From positions 672,001-736,000 of the forward strand of contig OY843768.1 of NCBI GenBank assembly GCA_963693095.2: a stretch of 64,000 nt of DNA, read 5' to 3'. Positions 28,400 through 40,412 of the stretch are shown here, piece by piece. The notes below the pieces were generated by a model. The model was not told the origin of the DNA and ran no database searches. It saw nothing but the letters and a program-made list of their open reading frames with translations. The stretch's first letter is position 1. Each line of letters starts with the position of its first letter. Both the position numbers and the translations under genes were made by a program. Source of the stretch: Cenarchaeum sp. Lineage in GTDB: Archaea; Thermoproteota; Nitrososphaeria; Nitrososphaerales; Nitrosopumilaceae.

Positions 28400-29095
28400 C
28401 TAGTGCCCAAATGCCCTCTTGAACCATTCATAAACGCGAGTATATTCCGTCTCATCAAACGTCCTGGATTTTCCAACACAATTCGCAATTGCCTTTGGGA
28501 CCGCTCTCCACGTCTCTTCAAGGGCATTATCATCTCCGGTCACAAGGCCATAGACTTTTTTGCCCCAAACTTTTCTGATGTTTGGGTTTGAGTTACTGTT
28601 GTAAACCCACATCACATCTCCGGAGGTTCCATCGTTTGGAATTATGTATGCCCAATAGCATTTGGCGGATTTGTGCTGTTTTGATATGTTGCAAAGCCTG
28701 TCGTGCAGCTTTTCTTCGCTGTCAGAATTAAGCGTATTGTGCTTGTTCTTTAGCTCGACGAACACGCTATTGTCATTTTTTGCCAGGTCAATCTTGACAT
28801 GTGTGTCAGAGACGGCCTGATGCCACCCTTCCACCCCGCCGAGCAACTCTTGGTGAAAAAGGCCCACTGCGTTGTTTATTGCCTTGTCCTTGATTCGCAT
28901 AATGTCATTTCTCTCCCACGTGTCTAGTGCCATGCCGGCGTTTAGCGTGTCAAACACCAGCTTGAACGGGTCAACGACATTTTTGCGCTGTGTGGTAATT
29001 CTCGTCTTTACCGGGTTCGCGTATTTGTCACATAGCTTTTCGACGCACTCTCTGAAATGCCGGTCACTGACAAACCCCACATACTCGTTTTCCAA
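28400..29095 (-). CDS. Eco47II-family type II restriction endonuclease
   Basis: NVVDPFKLVFD, KAINNAVGLFHQELLG and IDL...FVELKNKHNTLNS; convergent with the C5 MTase; AT-rich. Confidence 0.85.
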   Translation of the reverse strand: MENEYVGFVSDRHFRECVEKLCDKYANPVKTRITTQRKNVVDPFKLVFDTLNAGMALDTWERNDIMRIKDKAINNAVGLFHQELLGGVEGWHQAVSDTHVKIDLAKNDNSVFVELKNKHNTLNSDSEEKLHDRLCNISKQHKSAKCYWAYIIPNDGTSGDVMWVYNSNSNPNIRKVWGKKVYGLVTGDDNALEETWRAVPKAIANCVGKSRTFDETEYTRVYEWFKRAFGH

Positions 29096-29374
29096 CGCTA
29101 GCGATGGGGCAAGTCACGTATTAAAATCTTGTTTTGGCGCACAGCATTGGCGCAACGTGTGATCCTGAACCTGCAATGCATGGCCCTCCCGCAAGATGGC
29201 CGTCAGGTTGCGCGGGCCGATTCCGGGGTTTTTGGACTGTCCGCTGATACGCACGCGTGCGCCAACCTGAAGCCTTAAAGCCGGGACCGGCATTGCCTCT
29301 GCCATCAAGATATGCACGGTGACTTGTCACAGGCATGAGTGCGGCATTGCGCCGAGAGGCAGCGTGAGGGACAC

Positions 29375-30628
29375 ATGGTAAACCTCTGGTTGGACATACC
29401 ACTGCTCGCCACGCTCATTGCCCTATCGGGGTTTTTCAGCGGCCTCGAAGTTGCCCTTGTGGGCACGCGACACTCCAAGACGCTCCAGTTTGTCAAGGAG
29501 GCCCGAAAGGGCTCCAGGGCGCTCCACAAGCTAAAGTCAAACCCCGGCTGGATGATGGCCAGCGTAAACCTCGGCAACAATGTCGTCAATGTTGGCGCGT
29601 CAGCCCTGGCCACAAGCGTTGCCATAGAGATGTTTGGCGACAGCGGCCTCGGGATAGCCATTGGCATGATGACGTTTCTCATACTGGTGTTCGGCGAGAT
29701 CACCCCAAAGACGTACTGTAACGCAAACGCAGACAAGATTGCGCTCCGCTTTGCCCCGATACTCCTTGCGTTCAGCTATGCGACATGGCCGATTGTCAAG
29801 ATATTCGAGGTGATCACGCGCAGCGTCGTAAAGTTGACCGGAAGCAGCTATCTTCCGCCGCCGATAACCGAAAAGGAGATAGAGCATGTCATAGACCAGG
29901 GCATGGCAGAAAAGGCCCTCGAGCGCGAGGAGCACGCGCTGGTTCGCGGTGCGCTGAGCTTTGATGACATTGACGTCCATAGCGTCATGACTCCGCGCAC
30001 AAAGATGTTTGCGCTGCCCGGCCGCATGTTGCTCTTTGATGCGCTTCCGCGCATAAACGAGTCCGGGCACTCGCGCATACCCATATACGGCAAGGACATT
30101 GACGACATTACGGGCTTTGTCCACGTAAAGGACATCCTGCGCGAGCTAGAGCACGACAGGCGCGAGAGCAGCCTTGAGATGATCGCCAGAAATCCCGTCT
30201 TTGCGTCGCGCGAAAAGACCGTGAGGTCCCTGCTTGACGAGATGAAGGGCCGCAAGGTCCACCTCTCGATGGTCATAGACGAGCATGGCGGCGTTGAGGG
30301 CCTAGTCACGTTCGAGGACCTCATAGAGGAGATAGTCGGCGAGGTCGAGGACGAGGGCGACAGGGGAGAGCAGCCACGCTACACGTCCGTTGATCGCGAC
30401 ACGATAATTGTCGACGGCGACATCGAGATGGGCCGCGTCTGCAAGATACTCAGGGTCAGCATGGCCGGCATCGACACGCACTCCACTCTCAACGGCCTTT
30501 TACACGAGCGCCTAAAGGACATACCGCGCGAGGGCGACAAGGTCGAGCTCGACGGCGTGCGCATCGTCGTCGAAAAGGTCACAAGCAACCGCTCGGAGCG
30601 CGTCAGGATCGAGAGGCTTCGCGGCTAA
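29375..30628 (+). CDS. CNNM/CorB-CorC (hemolysin-family) transporter with CBS and CorC domains
   Basis: LSGFFSGLEVAL, FGEITPKT, VMTPR, HSRIPIY and DEHGGVEGLVTFEDLIEEIVGE. Confidence 0.92.
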   Translation: MVNLWLDIPLLATLIALSGFFSGLEVALVGTRHSKTLQFVKEARKGSRALHKLKSNPGWMMASVNLGNNVVNVGASALATSVAIEMFGDSGLGIAIGMMTFLILVFGEITPKTYCNANADKIALRFAPILLAFSYATWPIVKIFEVITRSVVKLTGSSYLPPPITEKEIEHVIDQGMAEKALEREEHALVRGALSFDDIDVHSVMTPRTKMFALPGRMLLFDALPRINESGHSRIPIYGKDIDDITGFVHVKDILRELEHDRRESSLEMIARNPVFASREKTVRSLLDEMKGRKVHLSMVIDEHGGVEGLVTFEDLIEEIVGEVEDEGDRGEQPRYTSVDRDTIIVDGDIEMGRVCKILRVSMAGIDTHSTLNGLLHERLKDIPREGDKVELDGVRIVVEKVTSNRSERVRIERLRG

Positions 30629-31655
30629 AGTGCGCCTCGAGTGCGGCCTTTTTTTGCGCTAGGCCAAAGAGCGACTCTGTGCGGGCCTGCGCCTCGGCAT
30701 ATGGCCTGGCAAAGAGCATCGCCTGCATGAGCATGTGGTTCTCTGGTATGACAATGCCGGTCTGGTCATCCGAGTAGACGAGCTGCACGGTGTCGCCGCG
30801 GCTGGCCGTCATCTCGGCGTGCACGTGAACCATGTTTGTGTCAGCTAGCGCGTCTGAAGAGCCGGCAAACTCGCGAATCTCGCGCGTGCCACGCGCGCCC
30901 CAGAGCGTGGCCACTGCGGCCTCGTCGGCTAGCGCGGCGTGGACCTCCTCGACTGTCGGGGCGTCCCCGGAGAATCGCGCATCAAGTATGTGAACGTGCA
31001 TCTGGCGCGTCGGAACCTTGATGGCCCTGACGTGTATTGGAATGGCATCGCCCATGTGCGCCCTGACGTCCTCGCCGTGGTGCGGCGAGGATGTCATCTC
31101 TATCGTGTCCGGAATGTCAGCATGCTGCTCCATGTCCGCCCAGCGCCGGATAAGCGCAATGTCGACGCGCACGAGCCTGTCCCCAAACGCCTCGCCTAGC
31201 GGCCGCGTTATCTTGCCGATGCCCGTGACGTTGCAGCTACCCTGCATCACGTGCTTCTTTCCAATGGCGGCCGCATAGTTTGTGCGCGAGCTAAACAGCG
31301 TGTCTGACACTGCATCCTTGCCGTATATCGTCTCGCCCCCCTGGTATATCGCCATTATGCCGCGCGGCCCATACAGCGCCATCTTGTTCGTGTGCCCCAC
31401 TCCCCCCGGCGTGCAGTCAATGACAAGGTCGCACGAGTCCAGGGCCGACTCTATGCTTCCGCCTATTGCGGCCTCGCCAAACTCGCCCATCCTTGCCTCG
31501 GGGACATGCACTGTGTGGCCGTCGGCGATGGCCGCCTCGATGCCTCGCGGCGTCGCCTTGCCGACCCCGACAAGCTCTATCTCGTCATCACGGGCCACAA
31601 AGGCCGCAATCCTGCGCCCGATTGAGCCATACCCGTTGACAAAGACGCGCTTCAT
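30603..31655 (-). CDS. gap: Type II (archaeal) glyceraldehyde-3-phosphate dehydrogenase
   Basis: VNGYGSIGRR, DCTPGG, IYQGGE, SCNVTG, IRRWAD, HHGEDV and VIPEN. Confidence 0.92.
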   Translation of the reverse strand: MKRVFVNGYGSIGRRIAAFVARDDEIELVGVGKATPRGIEAAIADGHTVHVPEARMGEFGEAAIGGSIESALDSCDLVIDCTPGGVGHTNKMALYGPRGIMAIYQGGETIYGKDAVSDTLFSSRTNYAAAIGKKHVMQGSCNVTGIGKITRPLGEAFGDRLVRVDIALIRRWADMEQHADIPDTIEMTSSPHHGEDVRAHMGDAIPIHVRAIKVPTRQMHVHILDARFSGDAPTVEEVHAALADEAAVATLWGARGTREIREFAGSSDALADTNMVHVHAEMTASRGDTVQLVYSDDQTGIVIPENHMLMQAMLFARPYAEAQARTESLFGLAQKKAALEAHFSREASRS

Positions 31656-31728
31656 CGGCGCATGGCCCGCATCACGCACAATATTAGTGGTGCAGGTTAA
31701 AATAGCGCCGCCGTGGGCCTTTCGCGCG

Positions 31729-32454
31729 TTGAAAGTCGAGATCAGCCTGCCGTCGATGGGAATCGGCGCCGCAATCGCCATTGCCGCCGTCCTCGCGCCG
31801 CTCTATGCGCTAGAGGTCATGACGCCCGAGCCGGCCGTTCAGGCGCCCCTTGGCATACCCACGACCAATGTCCTCGAGCCCCCACCGGCCGAGCCGACGC
31901 CAGAGCTCCTCCTCGCAAACGCATCACCATTTCTTGGCGACGAGGGCGCCCCCGTCACGCTAATCGAGTTTGGCGACTATCAGTGCGCGTTCTGCCACAG
32001 GCACTTTGAGCGCACAGAGCCGACGATCGTCTCAAAGTATGTCGAGACTGGCAAGGTTCGCATGCTCTTCAAGGACTTTGTCGTTATAGGGCCGGACTCT
32101 GTCACGGCTGCGCGCGCGGCCCACTGCGGCGGGGACCAGGGCCTCTTTTGGGAGTTCCATGACGCGATATACCATGCGTACAGCGGCGAGCGGACCGGCT
32201 GGGCGTCCCTTGAGGGCATGCGCACAATTGCCGCCGGCGTCGATGGCCTCGACGAGTCGGCATGGGGAGCATGCATGGCAGCCGGCACGCACACTGACGT
32301 GATAAACGCGAGCAGGGCCGACGCGCAGGCCCTCGGGCTCAACGGCACGCCGGCGTTCTATGTCATCGGCGCTGACGGCGATGTCTACCTCATGCGCGGC
32401 GCCAAGGCCCTCTCGGAGTTTGAGGGCGTCCTAGATCGGGCCATTGCGGGCTAG
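31729..32454 (+). CDS. DsbA-family thioredoxin-fold protein, membrane anchored
   Basis: LGDEGAPVTLIEFGDYQCAFC and GLNGTPAFYV. Confidence 0.9.
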   Translation: MKVEISLPSMGIGAAIAIAAVLAPLYALEVMTPEPAVQAPLGIPTTNVLEPPPAEPTPELLLANASPFLGDEGAPVTLIEFGDYQCAFCHRHFERTEPTIVSKYVETGKVRMLFKDFVVIGPDSVTAARAAHCGGDQGLFWEFHDAIYHAYSGERTGWASLEGMRTIAAGVDGLDESAWGACMAAGTHTDVINASRADAQALGLNGTPAFYVIGADGDVYLMRGAKALSEFEGVLDRAIAG

Positions 32455-32501
32455 GCGTGCGCAGGATATAAAGGCGTGACATATCCTTATAAGCAATCGG
32501 C

Positions 32502-33879
32502 ATGGCGCTCCTTGCCATGCCAGCAGGCATTGACGACATTGCCGTGTACGTCCCAAGGCTGTATGTTGACGCCGAGGACTTTGCCGAGCACAGGGGGATT
32601 AGCGCATCAAAGCTGCGCCAGGGACTCGGCGTGTCGCAGATGGCCATGGTTGACGCAAACCAGGATCCCGCGTGCCTTGCGGCCAACGCGTGCCTAAAGA
32701 TAATGCAAAAGAACCGCCTAAAGCCCTCTGACATTGGCCGCCTCTATGCGTCAACAGAGTCCTCGATGGACGAGTCCAAGGCGATGAACACGTACGTCAT
32801 TGGCATGCTCGAGCAGGTCTATGGCAGGGGCACGTTTGAGCACTGCGGCGGCATCGAGACAAAGTTTGCGTGCGTGTCGGGATCCTACTCGCTCTATGAC
32901 AATGCCAACTGGATACGTGCCGGCGAGGCCGGAGACAAAAAGGCCATAGTCGTAGTCTCTGATATCGCAAAGTATGACATGGGATCATCAGGCGAGCTCA
33001 CGCAGGGCGCAGGCGCCGTGGCGATGCTCCTCAGCGACAACCCGCGCCTCCTCGAGTTTGACGCGCGCGTGACGTCGACTTCGATACGCGACGAATATGA
33101 CTTTTACCGCCCAACTGGCAAGCCGACGCCCGTTGTCCACGGCCAGTACTCCAACCTCCTCTACCTCATACAGGTCCGCAACACGCTAGAGGCGTACAAG
33201 AAAAAGGCCTTTGAGACCGGCCTCATAAAGCTGGCAGAGGGCGAGACTATACTGGACCACATTGACTATCTGTGCGTCCACCTGCCGTATGCAAACATGG
33301 GCAAGAAGGCCCTTGCGTACCTGCTGCGCCACGAGTGGCGCAGCCTCCCGCGCTGGGAGAAGATCATAGATTCAGTCGGAATGCAAGAGCCGTCCCCGCA
33401 GTCTGGCGGCACGATAGAGGCCATACTAGATGACAGCAAGTTCATGGAGCAGGATCACCAGTTCAACAGAATGTTTGTAAAGACTGACGAGTACAAGGAG
33501 GCATATGAGTCAAAGCTCGCAAGCTCGCTGCGTGCGGCCACGATGGTAGGCAACATCTACACGGCGTCGCTATACCTCAGCTTTAGGAGCGCGCTAGAGT
33601 TTGAGCACAACCGTGGCGCAGACCTAGATGGCAAGAGGTTTGGCTTTGGCTCATACGGCTCTGGCAGCTCGGCGATGGTCTTCTCTGGCGTCATATGCCC
33701 CGGCTATCGCGAGGTAGTCGAGCCCATGAACATCGCAGCCGAGATGGGGGAGCGAAGGCGCCTGACGTTTGAGGAGTATGAGCAGATACACGAGAACATG
33801 ATACGCCCACGCGACTCGATACTCGATGCGAGCAGGGAGTTTGTCCTGACAGACGTGATGACTGCGCCAGAGTCACAGG

Positions 33880-33908
<29 letters not shown>
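32502..33908 (+). CDS. Hydroxymethylglutaryl-CoA synthase
   Basis: STESSMDESKA, KFACVSG, ELTQGAGAVAML, YDFYRP, HLPY, VGNIYTAS and SYGSGS. Confidence 0.93.
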
Positions 33909-35169
<1,261 letters not shown>

Positions 35170-35257
35170 TTAGCAAATCGATAGATAAAATAATCGCTGG
35201 CGTCATTTGCGTGAAATGCACCCCCATGTCGAGAATTTGGCGTGCGGGCAGGATGCG

Positions 35258-38200
35258 TCATGCGGGCAGGTGCGCGTCCAGTCCGGCCCTTTTAGGCGTC
35301 CAGTTCTTTGGCTCAAACTCGTCTGGAAGCGTGGCGATTATGCGGTCAGACTCTGCGCCGACGTGCACGGCGCGCTCGATGACTGCTATAATGTCGCCCT
35401 CGCCCATGCCCTCTAGCGGATTGTTGACTATCTGGCTGTCCCTGTCGACTGTGCGGTTGTAGCGGTCAACGACCCACTCTAGGGGCGTGCGGCCGTTCAC
35501 CGTGTACCTTGGCTGCGGAATGCCCTCAAAGACTATGACGTTGTTTATCTTGATCTTTGTCTTGTCGGCCTTCATGCCGATGCGGCCAAATGCCACCTTG
35601 GCTGGCTTGCCAAACTTTTCCTTTGGCCTTCCGAGGTTGAACCTCTCGCACGTGTCAAAGTTTAGGTGCAGGTCTGCGAGCTTTTTGCCTGCCTGGCTGA
35701 ATTTCTTAAAGTCAGGAGCCATCGGGATGTTTGGTAGGTCTTTGGAGAGATTGTTGGCGAATTTGCTGCGATATCCGTAATGGTGGAGAAGGCCGTATAC
35801 ATAGTAAAATATGTCTTTTTTGAAAATTTGTTTATTTTGGTAATGTTGTCGGTATTCGTACAACGCGTGATCTGTAATATTGTCATTTCTGGAATTGGTG
35901 TTATCGTACACATACAACGAAAAATATTGACCATTTTTGACAATTTGTAGATCGGGAACAATGTTTGTTATAAACGTTGAAAAATTTCCTGTAAATTTGT
36001 AAGGTGTGCAGATTACCATGTTTTTTGAGTCTCCGTGAGGAAACATGTGTGGAATTTTGTAGACTGCCCCGTTGTACGTTCTGTCAAAATACAGGTGCTG
36101 CTTGAAAAATGGCCTATACAAGGCAGGCCTGATGCTCTTGGGGAAAAACCCGGGTCTTGATTTTTTGAGCTTTGTTTTTAGATCTGCCGACCACTGTGCC
36201 ATCTTGGTGTCTATTTTTGGACTGGACAAGCTCTGTGTATTACAATACTCTATGTGCCTGCGCATGTTCTTTTTGAGCTCTCTTTCTGACGAGTTGTACG
36301 CCCACATATCACGATGTGTTTTTACGCCCGACGAATACAGTCGAAATATGGCGTTGCTTCTCCCCGCCTTGGCGGCTTTGCTCCCCATGGGCGAGTAGTC
36401 GGAAAACCGGTCGTCACGCTGGCCGATCCAGTCGTCGTGGCGATCCGGCCGTATGGTTTCCCAGTCCTCGATGCCACGTATTGACCCGAACCCCTTGACG
36501 GCCTCGAGCTTTTCCTCCCTTGTCAGGTAGTCGCCTATGTCCCTGTAGTATATCCTGGCCGCACCACGTTTGTCGGCGCTGTAACGTGGACTCCTAACCA
36601 GAATGGTGACTGCCACCGGCGCCCTGGAGCCCATTCCGAATATGTTGCCGCCCTCGCGGCGGCGCGTCTCGCCCTGCGTCCGCTGGTTTGCGCGCAGGTC
36701 GAGGCACCACACCTCATCAAACTCTCTTGCGATCGAGGCGCGTATGCCTGCCGCCGCGTCAGAGCGCACAAAGCTCGCGTTGGTAACGAACGCCACAATG
36801 CCTGTCTCGCCTATGCGGTCGCTCGCCCAGCGCAGGGAGCGAATGTACGAGTCGTAGAGCGAGTTCTTGTTGTGCGCCCGCGAGTGCCTGACGTACGTGT
36901 CGCCTATGCGCCTGTCGATCTCGGGGTACCTCATGTTGGGGTTCTCGTCGTTGTAGTTGCTCTGACCAGACGAGTACGGCGGGTTCCCCATGATCACGTC
37001 CACGCTAGTAGCCCTCTGGCGCCTGACGCGCTCGTGCGCCACCCTGAACATCCCGCCAATAGTGGCCTGCTCACCCCTGTGCTCCTTGCCGCTGAGGTAG
37101 CGCGGGTTCTGACGGAGCGTGTCGGTGTAGCTGATCCCCTCAAACGGAACATATCTACCGCCGTTCCCGCTAGAGTATGTCGTCTCTATGTTCACCGTGG
37201 CGATATAGTAGGCCAGCAGTATCATCTCGTTTGCGAGCAGGTCGTTCCGGTACTTTTGGTACGCGTTGTCGCCTAGCAGCCCTGAGTCAAGCAGGCGTGT
37301 GATGAACGTCCCCGTTCCTGCGAACGGCTCGAGGACCTTCACGCGCCGGTCGTCAAACCCCATGCCAAAGCGCGTTTTGAGCACGTGCTGCACGCTGTGT
37401 ATGACAAAGTCGACCACCTCGATCGGGGTGAAGACAACGCCGTGCTTTTCCGTCGCCTTTTTGGCCGTGCTCTTGAAAAAGTTCTCGTACAGCGTCTTGA
37501 TAAAGTTCTGGCGTGCCTCAGACTTTGTTATGGTTTTAACTTCTTCTTTTACGCTGACATAAAATCTTTCTAGCTCTTCAAGCTCAGAGTCCAGTCCAAA
37601 GCTTGCTGCCATCCCTGATATGACCTGCGATATGGGATTGTGCGACGTGAACTCTCCACTGAACAGCTCATCAAAGACACGCGCGAGCACGACGTGCTGC
37701 GCGATCACCCTTATGGCGTCATCGCGCGTGACCGAGTCGTTGATGACTGACTGTAGGCTTGTGTGAAACTCGTCCAGATCCTGGCTCCTTGACTGTGACG
37801 ACTTTAAGATGGTCCGTATGCGCATCTCTACGGTGGCCGCCGCTTCTCCGATCTGACGACCATACGCGTTATAGTAGTCAATGTCACCAACCTTGCGTAT
37901 GAGTGTGGACTTTATCTTGTCAAATAACTCCGGCATGGTGATGCTGTCCGGTTCTTTTACGTCTAGTATTGAGACGCTGATTCTGGGCGTTATCTCGCCT
38001 TTTTCACCAGGTGTCCTGTCCAAAATGAGTGAGTTAATCTCGCGAGCCAACGACTCGTCATGCGAGCGTAGCGCATTGAGAACCTGCCAGACGGTTCGGT
38101 ATGACGGGTGTTTGTCAAGTGCCTTGGATCTGTCGACACCTGCAGGTATGGCAACAGGCAGCACGACATATCCTGTATCCTTGCCGGGCGCCCGCCTCAT

Positions 38201-39940
38201 GACTCTGCCTACTGACTGGACAATGTCCACAATGGACTCTCGTGGGTTTAGAAACACGACACCATCCAGTGCAGGAACATCAACACCTTCAGAGAGACAT
38301 CTGGCATTAGAGAGTATGCGGCATGTATTGGGCTTGCTGTCGCTCTCAGACAGCCATCGCATCTCCTCACGTCGGCGCAATGCATTCTTTTTGCCATCAA
38401 TGTGCCTAACATCAACATCATTTGTTGCTGAGGTTACTGTCCCAATGTCGTTAACTACGCCCGCAAAACTTAGGTCATTGCCATTCTTGTCTGGAGCAGT
38501 GCCTGCAAACATCTCTGAACGGTCTATTCGATTTGTGAACGCAATGACTTTTTGCAAGAGTTTTGGCTTGCTCTCACCTTCTGGATGCTGCAGTCCATGC
38601 CATACGGCAGCCAAAAGGGTTCTTTCACCGAGGGGCATAGCCCCCTCCTTGGAAATTGACTGTTGAAACTTCATGTTCACATACTTTGTGCTCACCATGG
38701 GTATGATGACCTTAAAGTCGGCAAGCGCACGATGCTTGTGAACAGCATCAACAAAACCCAGATTATGGAATTCAGGCCCATAGGTCTTTTTGTCATCCAT
38801 CGAGTATATTGCTGGAGACCCCCCATCTTCGTTCAGCTTGTGTTTGCGTGCTTGTGAGACTCTACCACGTGCTGCCCTCTTGACTGCCTCGCCGTATATC
38901 TTTGGCGTCGCAGTCATGTAGAGGCGCTTTTTTGATGGCACGTTTCGATCGCTATGAACATATGTATAGTGTGAGTCGTTCTCGGCGCCGGTGGTTCGGT
39001 GTGCCTCATCGCACAGAACCAGATCAAACTTGCTGCCAAATGCCCCCGAGGCAACCCTTATGGAATGATATGTGGAAAATATCACCGTCATCGCATCCTT
39101 TGCCAGCTTGCCGTTGACGTGCTCTCTCAAGTCAGCCTCTTTGGTTGATGCGGGGCACTCTAGCTCGGTGATCGACCCCTCCTCACCACCTGCGCTCCTG
39201 TCCGAGCAAACGGCTAGGTAACGGTGTTTTATGTCTGCATTGTCAGCCCATTCCCTCATACTCTGCAATATTAGCGAGATTGACGGAACAAGGTACAGGA
39301 CAGTTCCGCCCTTGCCCACAATCTTCTCTGCAATTCGAAGTGCCACGAGCGTCTTGCCAGTGCCACATGCCATGATTAGTTTACCTCGATCGTCATCATC
39401 AAAGCCTGCAATAACGTCATCAAATGCGCTTTTTTGATAGTCGCGCAATTTTTTTGGGTATTTGGGAACTAGTTTTGGAAATGTCCTCCAGTCAACACTT
39501 CCGGCACGCAAGTGTGCCGATGTCATTATGTGGCATTTGGTTTTTGTAAGTACGTTCATGGCATTACGACTGATATATTCGCCGGTGTAGACCAAGATCA
39601 AATTTTCAATCTCGTACGCCTTAGCAGTAGTAATGAATTGTGAGACTTTTTTCATGTCAAGGTTGCTCTCTTTGTCATAACATTTGCATTGGATAGCACA
39701 CTTTGTTCCATCGGCTTCCTCGGCCACAAGATCGACTCCAGTGTCTGGCTTGCCATCATTATCCGGCCACGAACCCCACTTGTATATTTTGACAAATCGG
39801 TTACGATAATGCCTATCTGTCTTGAAAAAATCTACCATAATGTTTTCAAACATGGTTCCAAGATTGTGTGTGCCTTTAGACTCACGACGGATGTCTTTTA
39901 ACACGTCGTCGAACGTGCGTGGAGCCGTCTTGCGGCTCAA
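35258..39940 (-). CDS. Type ISP restriction-modification enzyme (Mrr-like nuclease, SF2 helicase, N6-adenine MTase, TRD; LlaGI/LlaBIII-like)
   Basis: DTGVDLVA...AIQCKCY nuclease; MACGTGKT, DEAHRT, LSEGVDVP and QSVGRVMR helicase; EPFAGTGTF and GNPPYS MTase; RPFFKQ and VNGRTPLEW C-terminal motifs. Confidence 0.92.
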   Translation of the reverse strand: MSRKTAPRTFDDVLKDIRRESKGTHNLGTMFENIMVDFFKTDRHYRNRFVKIYKWGSWPDNDGKPDTGVDLVAEEADGTKCAIQCKCYDKESNLDMKKVSQFITTAKAYEIENLILVYTGEYISRNAMNVLTKTKCHIMTSAHLRAGSVDWRTFPKLVPKYPKKLRDYQKSAFDDVIAGFDDDDRGKLIMACGTGKTLVALRIAEKIVGKGGTVLYLVPSISLILQSMREWADNADIKHRYLAVCSDRSAGGEEGSITELECPASTKEADLREHVNGKLAKDAMTVIFSTYHSIRVASGAFGSKFDLVLCDEAHRTTGAENDSHYTYVHSDRNVPSKKRLYMTATPKIYGEAVKRAARGRVSQARKHKLNEDGGSPAIYSMDDKKTYGPEFHNLGFVDAVHKHRALADFKVIIPMVSTKYVNMKFQQSISKEGAMPLGERTLLAAVWHGLQHPEGESKPKLLQKVIAFTNRIDRSEMFAGTAPDKNGNDLSFAGVVNDIGTVTSATNDVDVRHIDGKKNALRRREEMRWLSESDSKPNTCRILSNARCLSEGVDVPALDGVVFLNPRESIVDIVQSVGRVMRRAPGKDTGYVVLPVAIPAGVDRSKALDKHPSYRTVWQVLNALRSHDESLAREINSLILDRTPGEKGEITPRISVSILDVKEPDSITMPELFDKIKSTLIRKVGDIDYYNAYGRQIGEAAATVEMRIRTILKSSQSRSQDLDEFHTSLQSVINDSVTRDDAIRVIAQHVVLARVFDELFSGEFTSHNPISQVISGMAASFGLDSELEELERFYVSVKEEVKTITKSEARQNFIKTLYENFFKSTAKKATEKHGVVFTPIEVVDFVIHSVQHVLKTRFGMGFDDRRVKVLEPFAGTGTFITRLLDSGLLGDNAYQKYRNDLLANEMILLAYYIATVNIETTYSSGNGGRYVPFEGISYTDTLRQNPRYLSGKEHRGEQATIGGMFRVAHERVRRQRATSVDVIMGNPPYSSGQSNYNDENPNMRYPEIDRRIGDTYVRHSRAHNKNSLYDSYIRSLRWASDRIGETGIVAFVTNASFVRSDAAAGIRASIAREFDEVWCLDLRANQRTQGETRRREGGNIFGMGSRAPVAVTILVRSPRYSADKRGAARIYYRDIGDYLTREEKLEAVKGFGSIRGIEDWETIRPDRHDDWIGQRDDRFSDYSPMGSKAAKAGRSNAIFRLYSSGVKTHRDMWAYNSSERELKKNMRRHIEYCNTQSLSSPKIDTKMAQWSADLKTKLKKSRPGFFPKSIRPALYRPFFKQHLYFDRTYNGAVYKIPHMFPHGDSKNMVICTPYKFTGNFSTFITNIVPDLQIVKNGQYFSLYVYDNTNSRNDNITDHALYEYRQHYQNKQIFKKDIFYYVYGLLHHYGYRSKFANNLSKDLPNIPMAPDFKKFSQAGKKLADLHLNFDTCERFNLGRPKEKFGKPAKVAFGRIGMKADKTKIKINNVIVFEGIPQPRYTVNGRTPLEWVVDRYNRTVDRDSQIVNNPLEGMGEGDIIAVIERAVHVGAESDRIIATLPDEFEPKNWTPKRAGLDAHLPA

Positions 39941-40049
39941 TCATGCACCCACTCCGTTGTTTTTGTGTGTACATTGCAGAAATTTTGTTAATTTTAAGAA
40001 TTGGCCTTTGGTATAGGCCTCATTTTTTACATATTTTTGGTGTAGTCTA

Positions 40050-40112
40050 CCAGAGCGCCAGAGCGCCAGAGCGCCAGAGCGCCAGAGCGCCAGAGCGCCA
40101 GAGCGCCAGAGC
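40050..40112. repeat. Octamer simple-sequence repeat (CCAGAGCG), 7 full copies plus 7 nt
   Basis: Perfect tandem array 110-170 bp upstream of the type ISP gene. Confidence 0.95.
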
Positions 40113-40412
40113 AGGATCCGGATCGGAGTTAGCGCGGGTCTATGCGCAATATATGTGTATGATAATTTGGTGGTGAGCATCAAAATGATTCCCCCGCTCT
40201 GCCTGTGCCGGCCTCATCTCTCTCATCAGATGCCACATCGGCAAAATTGGCCAAGAGTGCACCACGCAGCGTCGCTACATGACATCGGTCATACGTCACA
40301 TTCGTCACACAACCCATCCTTGATGTCATCCCCCAGCCCCCCAAGTGATTTTAAGTCTTGTGAGATATGGCTGCAGTGTGGCACGTGTGGGCACCGTGAG
40401 ACACGGCCAACC

